A stretch of 51,354 bases of DNA. Source: a virus. Below are positions 27,685 to 36,224 of the stretch, piece after piece (position 1 is the first letter of the stretch; each line of letters starts with the position of its first letter). The DNA lies in the IMG/VR virus record IMGVR_UViG_3300048114_000266, positions 1-51,354 of that record. One strand, written 5' to 3'. The translations under genes were made by a program, and so were the position numbers. The notes under the pieces were generated by a model. The model was not told the origin of the DNA. It searched no databases and saw only the letters and a program-made list of their open reading frames with translations.

Positions 27685-27743
27685 GGTGGGTCGCACCTAC
27701 TACCCACTAACGGGGCCACGGTAATAAAGGTGTCGGCGTTACA
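27685..27743 (-). promoter_or_regulatory. Promoter-leader cassette
   Basis: Gene-strand acgccgacacc-TTTATTA-ccgtggccccgttagtgggtagtaggtgcgacccacc-ATG. Confidence 0.6.
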
Positions 27744-28013
27744 CTACACGTCGGCGTCGGGTACGCGGAAGCGTTCGGTTCCGTCGTCGGTTTCGAATTC
27801 CACGACGCCGGCGGGAATGTCGAATTCCCCGGTAGCGTGTGCGGAATACGGTAGTTCCGTCTGATTCGATTCGGCGGGCACGGTGAACCCGAACCCACGG
27901 GTGCGATAGTCGACGGTGACGTCTTCGAAGCGTTCGGGTAAGACGACCTTCCCGCGTTCGCCACGTTCGACCGTCGGTAATTCGTCGCTGTCGTCGGCGG
28001 TAGCGTCGGACAT
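27744..28013 (-). CDS. Hypothetical protein
   Basis: Internal ATG at 28013 of ORF track 27744..28040. Confidence 0.5.
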   Translation of the reverse strand: MSDATADDSDELPTVERGERGKVVLPERFEDVTVDYRTRGFGFTVPAESNQTELPYSAHATGEFDIPAGVVEFETDDGTERFRVPDADV

Positions 28014-28212
28014 GTGCGGACACACGGAAGCCCGCGACAAGAAGTTTGTCGGTCGTTACACCACGCCCGAATCAGGTCGTGGCGTGTGGTCGACTTGCGT
28101 ATCGCCGCATAGCCGACATTTCAGGAATTGCTCCCCGTGTTTCGTGTAGCGACCCTTACGCCGGGCGGATTCGATTAGGCGCTTGTCGGTCTTGTCGTGG
28201 TGGCACATGGGG

Positions 28213-28431
28213 CTACTGAACGCTTGGCGAATGGTCGTCGTCGTCGGTCGTCACGCGGTCGACGGCGTCTTCGAAGCGTTCGGCGGCGACGTCGTTCACG
28301 TCGTCGACGCTGTCGTCGGGTGCGCCCACGACGTCGACTTCGACTTCCGTGCCGTCGAAGTCCGACGACGACGTCTTCGCGCTGACGCTGACGCGCGCTT
28401 GTCCTTCCGGGGTTTCGCTGTCGTGACTCAT
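28213..28431 (-). CDS. Small hypothetical acidic protein
   Basis: Internal ATG at 28431 of Arg-rich ORF track 28213..28779; ATGA overlap with the upstream stop. Confidence 0.4.
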   Translation of the reverse strand: MSHDSETPEGQARVSVSAKTSSSDFDGTEVEVDVVGAPDDSVDDVNDVAAERFEDAVDRVTTDDDDHSPSVQ

Positions 28432-28814
28432 TCGTCGGCCCCGTGATTGTTCGACGGCACCCGTAGGGTGAACTTCGACGGCGCGTATATCTCCCCGTGT
28501 TCGTGTAGGTCGCGAATGACGTCGAAGGCCGTGCCTAACGTGAATACGTCGGCGGTGTCTTCGATTACGTGGGCGACGGGTGCGCCGTCTTCGGCCTTGT
28601 CTTCGTTCGCGCGAATCGCTTCGACGACGTGTTCGGCGACGCTGGGGTTCGCTTCCGCCGGGCGAATCGACCGCGTGCCGTCTTCGCGTTCGACGACGAC
28701 GCGGTCGGCCCCGCCAAGTAGTGCCCCAGCGACGGCGTGGGTAGCGTCGTAGGCGGCGGCGTCGCTTCCGACGTGCCACGGTTCGCCGTCGACTTCGACT
28801 TCGTATCCCGTCAT
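28428..28814 (-). CDS. Hypothetical protein
   Basis: Internal ATG at 28814 of ORF track 28428..29078; begins MTGYEVEVDGEPWHV. Confidence 0.5.
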   Translation of the reverse strand: MTGYEVEVDGEPWHVGSDAAAYDATHAVAGALLGGADRVVVEREDGTRSIRPAEANPSVAEHVVEAIRANEDKAEDGAPVAHVIEDTADVFTLGTAFDVIRDLHEHGEIYAPSKFTLRVPSNNHGADE

Positions 28815-29521
28815 TCGCCTTCGCCCCCGTCGTCGACCGGCATGTATCCGTGTTCCATGTTCGGCGTCTTCGGTGGCACGCGTGACACCTTCGATAGTTC
28901 GCCGTCGCGTGGTCGAAGGACGTCGATATACCCGTCGGCGTCGTCGTCGCGAAGGTCGTAGACGATAGCGTCGTCGGGGTCGCCGGTATCCCCAGCGTAG
29001 TAGTCGACGCGGTCGCCGACGTCGACGTCGGGTTCGTTCGGCGGTTCGACGCCTTCGATAGCGTCGTCGTCGACCCATACGACGTCGCGGTCGTTCAGGA
29101 ATTCGCCGATACTGTCGTCGGTCGATTCGCCCTTCGTCTTGTGGTCGCCGTCGATATACCGACGAAGTAGGTAATTGTCCGCGTCGCTTCGGACGTATAG
29201 CCCGGTGAACGACGACGGGCCGTGTAGGGATTCGCGGACGGATAGGGCGACCAAGTCGTGCGGGTCGCTTGGGCCGGTCGTGCCGTAGAATTGCGTGGGG
29301 AAGTGAACGTGATAGTTCCCGCCGACGCCCTTAATGTAGCCGGTAATGTGGTCGGGTTCCCAATCCTCCTTGTCGACGCTGTCGTCGCCAAGGAACGATA
29401 GCGGGACGTCGGGGACGTGCGCCTTCGCGACGCACGACACGGTCGTTTCGCCGACGTCGTAGGCGTCGCGACCCTTGTCGGTGGCGACCCACGCCGCTTC
29501 GGTGTCGTCTTCGTCAGTCAT
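28811..29521 (-). CDS. Hypothetical protein
   Basis: Internal ATG at 29521 of ORF track 28811..29641; N-terminal DTEAAWVATDKGRDAYD resembles a segment of the 37841..39358 protein. Confidence 0.55.
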   Translation of the reverse strand: MTDEDDTEAAWVATDKGRDAYDVGETTVSCVAKAHVPDVPLSFLGDDSVDKEDWEPDHITGYIKGVGGNYHVHFPTQFYGTTGPSDPHDLVALSVRESLHGPSSFTGLYVRSDADNYLLRRYIDGDHKTKGESTDDSIGEFLNDRDVVWVDDDAIEGVEPPNEPDVDVGDRVDYYAGDTGDPDDAIVYDLRDDDADGYIDVLRPRDGELSKVSRVPPKTPNMEHGYMPVDDGGEGE

Positions 29522-29730
29522 GCGTCTTCGCCCCCGATTAGTTCGACGTCGGCGTCGATTGCGTCGAACAAGACGTCGATGGCTTCGTGCGCCGTGTCGC
29601 CGGCCGCGCGGACGTCGTGGCCTTCGGCTTCGGCACGCCACGCTGTCGTTTCGTCGTCGCCGTCCCGCACGGGGACTTCTTCGACAGTTAGTTCGAACTT
29701 CGGTAGATTGCCGTGTTTTGGGTCGGTCAT
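29518..29730 (-). CDS. Small hypothetical protein
   Basis: ORF track, 70 aa, ATG start. Confidence 0.5.
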   Translation of the reverse strand: MTDPKHGNLPKFELTVEEVPVRDGDDETTAWRAEAEGHDVRAAGDTAHEAIDVLFDAIDADVELIGGEDA

Positions 29731-29732
29731 GG

Positions 29733-30398
29733 TTAGGCGTCGTCTTCGTCTGTTGGTTGGTCGTCGGCCGGTTCGACGTCGACTTGCGTAATGTCGACGG
29801 CGGGGATTGTCCCGACGACGTCGAAGCCGTGGTCGGCCATAGTGTCGACGACGTCGTCTTCGTCTATGTCGCCGCTATCGACCAAGAAGCGGCCGCGCCC
29901 ACGTTCGGCGTTGTATTGGGCGGACTTGACCCGGCCGTCGTCGACAGCGTTCACCGCGCGGCGAAGCGTGTCTTCGTCGACGCCGCCGTCGGTCATGTAG
30001 GTGTCTCCCGGTTCGTCAGTCGGGAAGTCCGTGTCGCTGTCGTCGATTGCGTCATGGTTCGATAACGCTTCGCGAAGTAGGTCGCGGTCGCCGCTCCCGT
30101 CTTCGACGGCTAACGGCGTCGCCGTGCGTGGCGTGTCCGCAATCAGATACACGCCGTTGGGGAACGGGCCGGGCGTGTCGTCGACCGCGTCGACCTTGTT
30201 CCAATCGACGGAAATGGGGCACCCGTCGGTTAGGTCGGGGTGTTTGCCTTCGGCGTGGGCTTGCATAGCCCGAACCGCCGCGTCGCGGGCGTGGCGTGCG
30301 ACGTTCCGCGCTTCGTCTTTGTCGGGGCCGACGACTTCGATAGTCACCGATACGTCCGAACCTTCGGTCGAAATGCCGCCGAATGTCTTCTTCGTCAT
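29733..30398 (-). CDS. Hypothetical acidic protein
   Basis: ORF track, 221 aa. Confidence 0.55.
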   Translation of the reverse strand: MTKKTFGGISTEGSDVSVTIEVVGPDKDEARNVARHARDAAVRAMQAHAEGKHPDLTDGCPISVDWNKVDAVDDTPGPFPNGVYLIADTPRTATPLAVEDGSGDRDLLREALSNHDAIDDSDTDFPTDEPGDTYMTDGGVDEDTLRRAVNAVDDGRVKSAQYNAERGRGRFLVDSGDIDEDDVVDTMADHGFDVVGTIPAVDITQVDVEPADDQPTDEDDA

Positions 30399-30733
30399 GT
30401 GTCTTCAGTAGCGTCGAATTCGTTCGTTTCGTCACGGGTGACGTCCAAGTCGCTGACGTCGCCGAACCGTTCGACCATGACCACGGCGGATTTGCGGACG
30501 TGCCGAACTTCGTCGTAGATTCGAATGGCTTCGGCGTCGCCCGCGTCTTGGTCGCCCAAGCCGTGCCGTGGCGGGGACACCGACGCGCGGTAGCCCGCAA
30601 GGTCGTCTTTGTCGTCAGTCGTCACGACGACGTCGACATGGGCGAATGCGCGCCCTTCGTCAGTAACGTCGGGGTGGTCGAAGAATAGCCGGAACGCCCG
30701 GCCCGTATCGAAGATTTGGTCGAACGTGTTCAT
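30395..30733 (-). CDS. Hypothetical protein
   Basis: ORF track, 112 aa; ATGA overlap with the upstream gene. Confidence 0.5.
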   Translation of the reverse strand: MNTFDQIFDTGRAFRLFFDHPDVTDEGRAFAHVDVVVTTDDKDDLAGYRASVSPPRHGLGDQDAGDAEAIRIYDEVRHVRKSAVVMVERFGDVSDLDVTRDETNEFDATEDT

Positions 30734-31101
30734 GGGTGGGGGTCGTAGGCGTCTTGTGCGAATTCAGTCACGTCGTCGGGGTGAACGTCGATACCGACGA
30801 ACGTCGTCAGATACGACGCAAGGGCTTCGGTCGCCTTGTCGGTCGCGACGTAGGTATTCGTCCGCTTGTCGCGTTCGCCCTTGTAGATAAATCCATTCCG
30901 AACCAAGTCGTCAAGGTTCGGGTAAAGGCGGCCGTGATTGACTTCTTCGCCACGGATTACCTCTAAGTCGCGCTTAATCGCTAAGCCGTGCGGTCGGTCG
31001 TCGGGGGACGCACCGGGAGAGCCACCAAGCCGCATGATTGCGATAGCGGCCTGTTGTTGAAAGGCGGTAAGGTGCGCCCAATCGCTCACTTTCGGGTTCA
31101 T
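30730..31101 (-). CDS. Winged-helix transcription regulator (PadR/MarR-like)
   Basis: ORF track, 123 aa; GRLYPNLDDLVRNGFIYKGERDKRTNTYVATDKATEAL reads as recognition helix plus wing; a palindromic site lies just upstream. Confidence 0.55.
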   Translation of the reverse strand: MNPKVSDWAHLTAFQQQAAIAIMRLGGSPGASPDDRPHGLAIKRDLEVIRGEEVNHGRLYPNLDDLVRNGFIYKGERDKRTNTYVATDKATEALASYLTTFVGIDVHPDDVTEFAQDAYDPHP

Positions 31102-31124
31102 ACTGCATTACACCCTTCGGCGTA

Positions 31125-31148
31125 ACACCGACAAAAGCGTGTCGGTGT
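31125..31148. promoter_or_regulatory. Perfect 9-bp inverted repeat with 6-bp spacer (candidate operator)
   Basis: ACACCGACA-aaagcg-TGTCGGTGT, 24-47 nt upstream of the winged-helix gene start (31101). Confidence 0.55.
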
Positions 31149-31310
31149 CGTTATAGGTGACGCCTAACTTCGACGTATCCCGATTGCGTGACCCGTCGAA
31201 GTACCGTGACCGTCGCATTCGGGGCGCTGTCGGGGCGCGTGTGGCGTTCGTTCGTCGGTAGGTCGTCTTGGTCGCGATAGACCGTCGGCGGGAACACGGT
31301 CATGCTACGG

Positions 31311-31469
31311 CTACGTGACGGCGCGCACGCTGTCGTCGTTCCGAACCAAGTCGCGAACACAAGGAGCGCACACGTCGACGGGTCGCGGGTCGCGGTCGTC
31401 GTCGACGTAATAGATTCTATGCGGGGCCGTTTCGACGCTGTCGCGGTCGCATTCGTCGCACGTTCCCAT
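31311..31469 (-). CDS. Mini zinc-ribbon protein
   Basis: Internal ATG at 31469 of Arg-rich ORF track 31311..31946; MGTCDECDRD ... CAPC. Confidence 0.35.
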   Translation of the reverse strand: MGTCDECDRDSVETAPHRIYYVDDDRDPRPVDVCAPCVRDLVRNDDSVRAVT

Positions 31470-31510
31470 ACGACGACGTCGGTGGGCGCTGTTGTAGTCG
31501 TTCGGGGTCG

Positions 31511-31930
31511 CTAATCGACGTCCCACCACACGTCTAAGACCGTCGCGACGTCGTCGTCTTCGGGCGCGTCGTCGGGCCAATCTTCTTCGGTGACGACGTA
31601 GCCTTCGATTATGTCGTCTAACGGGTCGCCCGCGTCGAAGCGGTCTTGCCAAATCCGTTCGGTGTCGTCGCCCGATAGCCGGGGCGCGACGAACCGAAGT
31701 TCTTGACAGTCGACGGCGTCGACGACGGCCGTCAGTAGGTCGGACATGCGCGTGTCGCCTTCGGCTTCGACGTAGGCGATTCGAACGCGGCCGTCGCCCG
31801 GTTCGATAATCGCTTCGGCGTCCCCCAGCGTCGCGCGGTAGGCGTCGCCGTCGCGGTCCCGAATCGGGAGAAATTGGTACTTGCCGACCCACGGGTCGAT
31901 ACGGTCGAATTGTAAGGTTTCGTCTGTCAT
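31511..31930 (-). CDS. Hypothetical acidic protein
   Basis: Internal ATG at 31930 of ORF track 31511..32137; begins MTDETLQFDR. Confidence 0.5.
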   Translation of the reverse strand: MTDETLQFDRIDPWVGKYQFLPIRDRDGDAYRATLGDAEAIIEPGDGRVRIAYVEAEGDTRMSDLLTAVVDAVDCQELRFVAPRLSGDDTERIWQDRFDAGDPLDDIIEGYVVTEEDWPDDAPEDDDVATVLDVWWDVD

Positions 31931-31953
31931 AAACTGAATGTCGCAATACGAAC

Positions 31954-32196
31954 TTAGCGACGGCGTCGGCGGCGGCCGCCGGTCAAGTCGTCGGTCTTGT
32001 CGGGCTGATTCGCCGGTTCGGTGTCGGCCGGGCCGACGTCGTCTTCGGCGATTACGTCGCCCGTGACCGGGCACGAATACGTAATCGTCGCGTCGTCTTC
32101 GTCGTGTTCTTCGACCGGGCATTCGTCGCTTCCGCACGTCCCGCTGATTGATTGGATAACGCCGCGCGCATTCCGTTCGACTGTATGGCTTGGCAT
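31954..32196 (-). CDS. Small Cys-containing protein
   Basis: ORF track, 80 aa. Confidence 0.45.
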   Translation of the reverse strand: MPSHTVERNARGVIQSISGTCGSDECPVEEHDEDDATITYSCPVTGDVIAEDDVGPADTEPANQPDKTDDLTGGRRRRRR

Positions 32197-32198
32197 GG

Positions 32199-33821
32199 CT
32201 ATCTGTTGGTTTCGAACCGTGACGCCGGCCGTTGCGACCCGGTGACGTGGTCGATGACCTTCGTCGACACGGTCGGCATTTTGCCGTCGCGTTCGTACCG
32301 CTCCCGTGACGCCACGACGTCGACCTTGTCGGTCGGCGCGGGGCCGACGTCGACCGCTACGACGTGCGTCCCGCCGTGGCTACGGTAGTGGTCGACCCCG
32401 ACGACTTCGCCTTCGAAGACCGTGCCGTTATCGTCGGCCCATACGGTCGCGCTGTCGCCGACTTCGGCCGCGTAGACGTTCGCCGCTATGCCTTCCGAAT
32501 CCATCGTCGTGGCGTCGAAGACCGTCTTCGCGCCGTCGGCGGTCGGGTGGGCCATGCGCGGATTGTTCGGCGCGCGTAGCGTCAGCGTGTCGGTCGCGTC
32601 GGGTTCCGTCGTGATTGGTTCGTACCGGGAGCAATCCGGCGCGTGGTCGTATGGGGCCGGCGCGTACCGGCCGCAAAACGCACACTTGTCGACGTCGCCG
32701 CCGGCCGCGTCGGGGCCGCCGTCGAAGCGGTCGTCGCGATAGTCGACGCCGCCGTCGGTCGCTGTCGGGCGGTCGATACGGTCGTGTGCGAAGACGTCGT
32801 CGGGGTCGACGGTCGTGCCGTCGATATGGTAGCGCGCCCATTCGGAAGACCGTGCGCCGTCGTCGTCTTCGTGGTCGTCGAACCACCCTTGCGTAACAAG
32901 AATGACGTGTTCGTCGGTGTCTTCGAAGTAGTGAATGAATACTTCGGCGGGGACGGTGTAATAGGGCTGAACCGCCGCGTTCCCTCCCGAATAGGCGCGG
33001 AAGTCGATACGGAACGGTTCGCCCGGTTCGGGCGATTCGCCGCCGTCGGTCGCGGCTTCGGGGCTATCAGTTTCACTTTCACCGCGCGGGGTGTCGTGGT
33101 CTTCGTCGCTGTCGACGAACGCTTCGAAGACGTCGGCCGCGCTGTCGCGAAGGTCGTCGCGCACCATGTGGTCGCGGTCGTCTTCGTCGGCGTGGTAGAC
33201 GTCGGCGCGAAGGACACGGCCAAGCCGGGACATTTGACCCTTCGGCCCGCGCGTCGATATGACCGGCGACCCGTGGGCGGGCACGCCGAAGCGGTGAATG
33301 CCGACGGGTTCGCCGTCCGACGTTTCGTCGCCCGTGTCGAACGTGACTTCGAATAACTCCCCGTTCGCGTAGTTGTATTTGACCGACGTGACGGTGCCCC
33401 GAATCGTCTTCCGATTGCCCTTCGCGCGGGTCGACATGTGTTCGACTTCGATAGTGTCGCCGCGTGCGACGTCGCCGACGTCGAACGCAAGTTCGCCGTT
33501 ATCCGCGAAGTCGCCTTCGACGTCCGGTTCGACGTCGCGAACGACGCGCATGTCGACGCCCGTCGTGAACCGGCCGCCCGAATCCGTCGACTTGACGAAG
33601 CCGCCGTCGGTAATCAGGAACGAATACGACCGGGCGTTCGCGCGGTCTAACGACGCTTCGACGACGGTGCCGTCGTAGTCGCCGTAATCGACGCCGACCT
33701 TGTCGACCGTTAGATTCGACTTCGGGAGGAAAGACGCGCCGGACACGCTGACTTCGTCGCCGACTTCGATTTGTTCGACAGACGTCACGGCTTCGGTCGT
33801 GGTTTCGGTGGGTTCGGTCAT
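32199..33821 (-). CDS. Large hypothetical protein
   Basis: ORF track, 540 aa; begins MTEPTETTTE on the cassette. Confidence 0.6.
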   Translation of the reverse strand: MTEPTETTTEAVTSVEQIEVGDEVSVSGASFLPKSNLTVDKVGVDYGDYDGTVVEASLDRANARSYSFLITDGGFVKSTDSGGRFTTGVDMRVVRDVEPDVEGDFADNGELAFDVGDVARGDTIEVEHMSTRAKGNRKTIRGTVTSVKYNYANGELFEVTFDTGDETSDGEPVGIHRFGVPAHGSPVISTRGPKGQMSRLGRVLRADVYHADEDDRDHMVRDDLRDSAADVFEAFVDSDEDHDTPRGESETDSPEAATDGGESPEPGEPFRIDFRAYSGGNAAVQPYYTVPAEVFIHYFEDTDEHVILVTQGWFDDHEDDDGARSSEWARYHIDGTTVDPDDVFAHDRIDRPTATDGGVDYRDDRFDGGPDAAGGDVDKCAFCGRYAPAPYDHAPDCSRYEPITTEPDATDTLTLRAPNNPRMAHPTADGAKTVFDATTMDSEGIAANVYAAEVGDSATVWADDNGTVFEGEVVGVDHYRSHGGTHVVAVDVGPAPTDKVDVVASRERYERDGKMPTVSTKVIDHVTGSQRPASRFETNR

Positions 33822-33879
33822 AGGGGTTCGACCTACTACCCACTTGCACCCGGTGGTACATAAAGGTGTCGCCGTTGGT
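33822..33879 (-). promoter_or_regulatory. Promoter-leader cassette (variant)
   Basis: Gene-strand cggcgacacc-TTTATGTA-ccaccgggtgcaagtgggtagtaggtcgaacccct-ATG. Confidence 0.55.
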
Positions 33880-34356
33880 CTAAACGGGGTAAGCGGGTAG
33901 CGTCGGAAGCCGTGGGTGCGTGTAGTAGTCGCCCATGACGCCGTGTTTGTATAGCGTGGGCGACGTCGCGCCCCAATCGGACAAGAATGATTGGTCGGTT
34001 TCCCAATCGTAGCCGTCCGCCGACTTCGCTATTACGTCGACGTCTTGCAGGGACACCGTGAATTCGGTCGTGCCGTGGGGCTGGGGCGTTAGCCTGATTT
34101 GCTCCTTGTCGGTGTATTCGTGGGGAACGCGGGACATGCGCCGGACGTTTTCGGTGCCGCCGACCGTCGGGACGCTGTCGACCAAGTCGTCGATTACGCG
34201 GTCGGGCGTGTCGAAGAAGTCGCGTTCGTGGCGCACCCGAATGTAGTGGTTCCCGTCGGGGAGGTACGGGAGCGTGGCGGCGACTATCAGCGCGTCGCGT
34301 TCGCGAAGTCCCAAGTCACGCAAGTCGTCGACCGTCGTAGGCTTGTGCTTACTCAT
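33880..34356 (-). CDS. Hypothetical protein
   Basis: Internal ATG at 34356 of ORF track 33880..34470; begins MSKHKPTT. Confidence 0.5.
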   Translation of the reverse strand: MSKHKPTTVDDLRDLGLRERDALIVAATLPYLPDGNHYIRVRHERDFFDTPDRVIDDLVDSVPTVGGTENVRRMSRVPHEYTDKEQIRLTPQPHGTTEFTVSLQDVDVIAKSADGYDWETDQSFLSDWGATSPTLYKHGVMGDYYTHPRLPTLPAYPV

Positions 34357-34574
34357 TTGTACGGGCCGAATTCTTCGTCGCCGTGTTCGTCTTCGAAGAC
34401 GCCGATAGCGTATAGGGCCAAAGCCCCGACCCCAGCGACCGATAGCCCGCCGACCGCTACGCCGGCCCACATGCCGGCCACGCGCATGGCTAAGCCCGAC
34501 GCCCCAGCGACGAATGCCACGACACCCGCGACAGCGATAGCGGCCACGGGGACGGCTATGTGCTTGGTATTCAT
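34353..34574 (-). CDS. Small membrane protein
   Basis: ORF track, 73 aa, two hydrophobic helices. Confidence 0.45.
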   Translation of the reverse strand: MNTKHIAVPVAAIAVAGVVAFVAGASGLAMRVAGMWAGVAVGGLSVAGVGALALYAIGVFEDEHGDEEFGPYK

Positions 34575-35377
34575 GTGTTCGTGTCTAACAAGGGCGCTTG
34601 CATGAATTTAGTGTTCACCCGGCCGTCGTCGCGTTCGGTAAAGACGTGGTACGGGTTCCCGTGGCCGGTGACGAACCGCACGTAGTCTTCGCTGATTGCG
34701 TCGACAATATTCGGCATGTATTTGTTCGACATGCGGGCTTCGGTGAACGATTCGGGCGGGTCTTGAAGCCATTCGAAGCCGTCGTCGTCGTGTAGTTTCA
34801 CGCGGGCGCTGTCGTTATCGCCCTTGCCTTCAAGGACGAACGTACCGACGTCGTCGTCAGACGCGACGAAGTTCCCTTGCCCGCTCCCCGCGCCGGATAG
34901 TTCCGCGACGTCGGTCCCACGGTCCCACCGTTCGACGGGAATGGTCACGAAGACGTTATACCCGTGTTCGTCTTTGACCGGCGGGACGTCGACCGGCGAC
35001 CCCTTGACGCTGTCGGGGTCGACACCCGACATTTCGTATTCGACGCCGTCGGCCTTGAAGTCTAAACTGTAATTATCCCAATTGTAATCTAACTGAACGA
35101 CGTCGGCGTTTTTCGCGATACCAAGCAATTCGTCTAACTTGCCGGTGTCGACGCCAATCGCGAAGGTGTCTTCGACTTCGTAGTGTTCGAAGTCGGTCGC
35201 GTCGACGGCTTGCCGCGACAGCGCCACGTTCGCCGCGTCTTTCTTGCGAACGCGAAGGCGGTCGGGTTCGAATTCGAACACGGCTTCTAAGTCGGGCGAC
35301 ACGGCGTCGACGCCTTCGGTAATCGTTTCCCAAATGCTTGCGTCGGCAATCGTTTCGACAGTAGGTTCGTTTGTCAT
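34571..35377 (-). CDS. pcna: PCNA-like sliding clamp
   Basis: ORF track, 268 aa. The segment RLRVRKKDAANVALSRQAVDATDFEHYEVE...FAIGVDTGKLDELLGIAKNADVVQL follows the pattern I recall for haloarchaeal PCNA N-terminal domains; alignment done by eye only. Confidence 0.55.
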   Translation of the reverse strand: MTNEPTVETIADASIWETITEGVDAVSPDLEAVFEFEPDRLRVRKKDAANVALSRQAVDATDFEHYEVEDTFAIGVDTGKLDELLGIAKNADVVQLDYNWDNYSLDFKADGVEYEMSGVDPDSVKGSPVDVPPVKDEHGYNVFVTIPVERWDRGTDVAELSGAGSGQGNFVASDDDVGTFVLEGKGDNDSARVKLHDDDGFEWLQDPPESFTEARMSNKYMPNIVDAISEDYVRFVTGHGNPYHVFTERDDGRVNTKFMQAPLLDTNT

Positions 35378-35438
35378 AGGTTTTCGGTCGGTCGTCGGGT
35401 ACGGGGGACGAAGCCCCGCCGACCGCGTCGGTCGGATA

Positions 35439-35521
35439 TGCGACGGGCCGGATTCGAACCGGCGAACCCCTACGGGACACGGTCTTAAGCCGTGCGCGTT
35501 TGGCCACTTTGCTACCGTCGC
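35439..35521 (-). tRNA. tRNA-Leu, anticodon UAA
   Basis: Hand fold of GCGACGGTAGCAAAGTGGCCAAACGCGCACGGCTTAAGACCGTGTCCCGTAGGGGTTCGCCGGTTCGAATCCGGCCCGTCGCA: 7-bp acceptor stem, anticodon stem CACGG/CCGTG with loop CTTAAGA, long variable arm, T-arm GCCGG-TTCGAAT-CCGGC. The D-stem is weak. Confidence 0.7.
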
Positions 35522-35599
35522 GCGGGCCGGGTATTAGTTCGTCAGCGCCCCCGGCTTCTTGCCGACGGTTCACGGCTTTTCGGTGCCGTCGACGGCGCA

Positions 35600-35716
35600 T
35601 AGTCGCGGGTGGATTCGAACCACCGTCGTAGGCTTACTTTCGGGCACGCCCCCTTCGACCTTCGTTCAGCGTGCCCGTCCAAAGGCCCACATGATTGGCC
35701 ACTACACCACGCGACT
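35600..35716 (-). tRNA. tRNA-Gln, anticodon UUG, with a 44-nt intron
   Basis: Exon 1 AGTCGCGTGGTGTAGTGGCCAATCATGTGGGCCTTTGG and exon 2 AGCCTACGACGGTGGTTCGAATCCACCCGCGACTA give a perfect acceptor stem, anticodon stem TGGGC/GCCTA and T-arm GGTGG-TTCGAAT-CCACC. The insert sits at the canonical 37/38 position. Confidence 0.7.
35635..35678 (-). other. tRNA intron
   Basis: Contains a 9-bp inverted repeat CGGGCACGC ... GCGTGCCCG, compatible with a splicing helix. Confidence 0.6.
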
Positions 35717-35765
35717 GCAAGCGTTGGTTTCGAATCTATCCGGTTAAGGCATGTCGGTCGCCGGC

Positions 35766-36224
35766 CTACCCACTATCAGACACGGGGGCGACCCCGTCGT
35801 CGTCTAAGTCCGTGGCCGTGCGTCTGACGAATTCCCGAACCGCTTCGACGTCCGGGCGGCCCGGCGTGTCTTGTAACGTCGCGACCGTCGCTTGGTCGAC
35901 CGCCGCGTCGAATTCGGGAGCGTTCGCCGCTTCTTCGAAGGCGACACGGTGGTCGTCGACCTTTTCGATAGCGACGTCGGCCCATTCGGGTAGGTCTTCG
36001 TCGTCGATTGCGTCAAGCGTGGCCGCGTAGACGCGGGGTTCGGGCACGTTCACTTCGGCCGCAAGCGTCGGCACGTCGACTTCGGGGACGCTGACGTCGA
36101 ATTTTACCTTCGTCCGAAGTTCGTTCGTCCCCAATTCGGACGCCTTTGGCTTCGTCTTGCGGATTTTCAGGTCGCCCGTTTTCCAATCGACGACTACCCA
36201 CCCGGTAATCTCCTTGTCAGTCAT
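35766..36224 (-). CDS. Hypothetical protein
   Basis: ORF track, 152 aa; ATGA overlap with the upstream gene. Confidence 0.5.
   Translation of the reverse strand: MTDKEITGWVVVDWKTGDLKIRKTKPKASELGTNELRTKVKFDVSVPEVDVPTLAAEVNVPEPRVYAATLDAIDDEDLPEWADVAIEKVDDHRVAFEEAANAPEFDAAVDQATVATLQDTPGRPDVEAVREFVRRTATDLDDDGVAPVSDSG

Noticed and set aside
35717-35765. Possible third tRNA suggested by ggtttcgaatc just after tRNA-Gln
   Set aside because: I could not build an acceptor stem or anticodon arm around it; it looks like a chance T-loop-like string.
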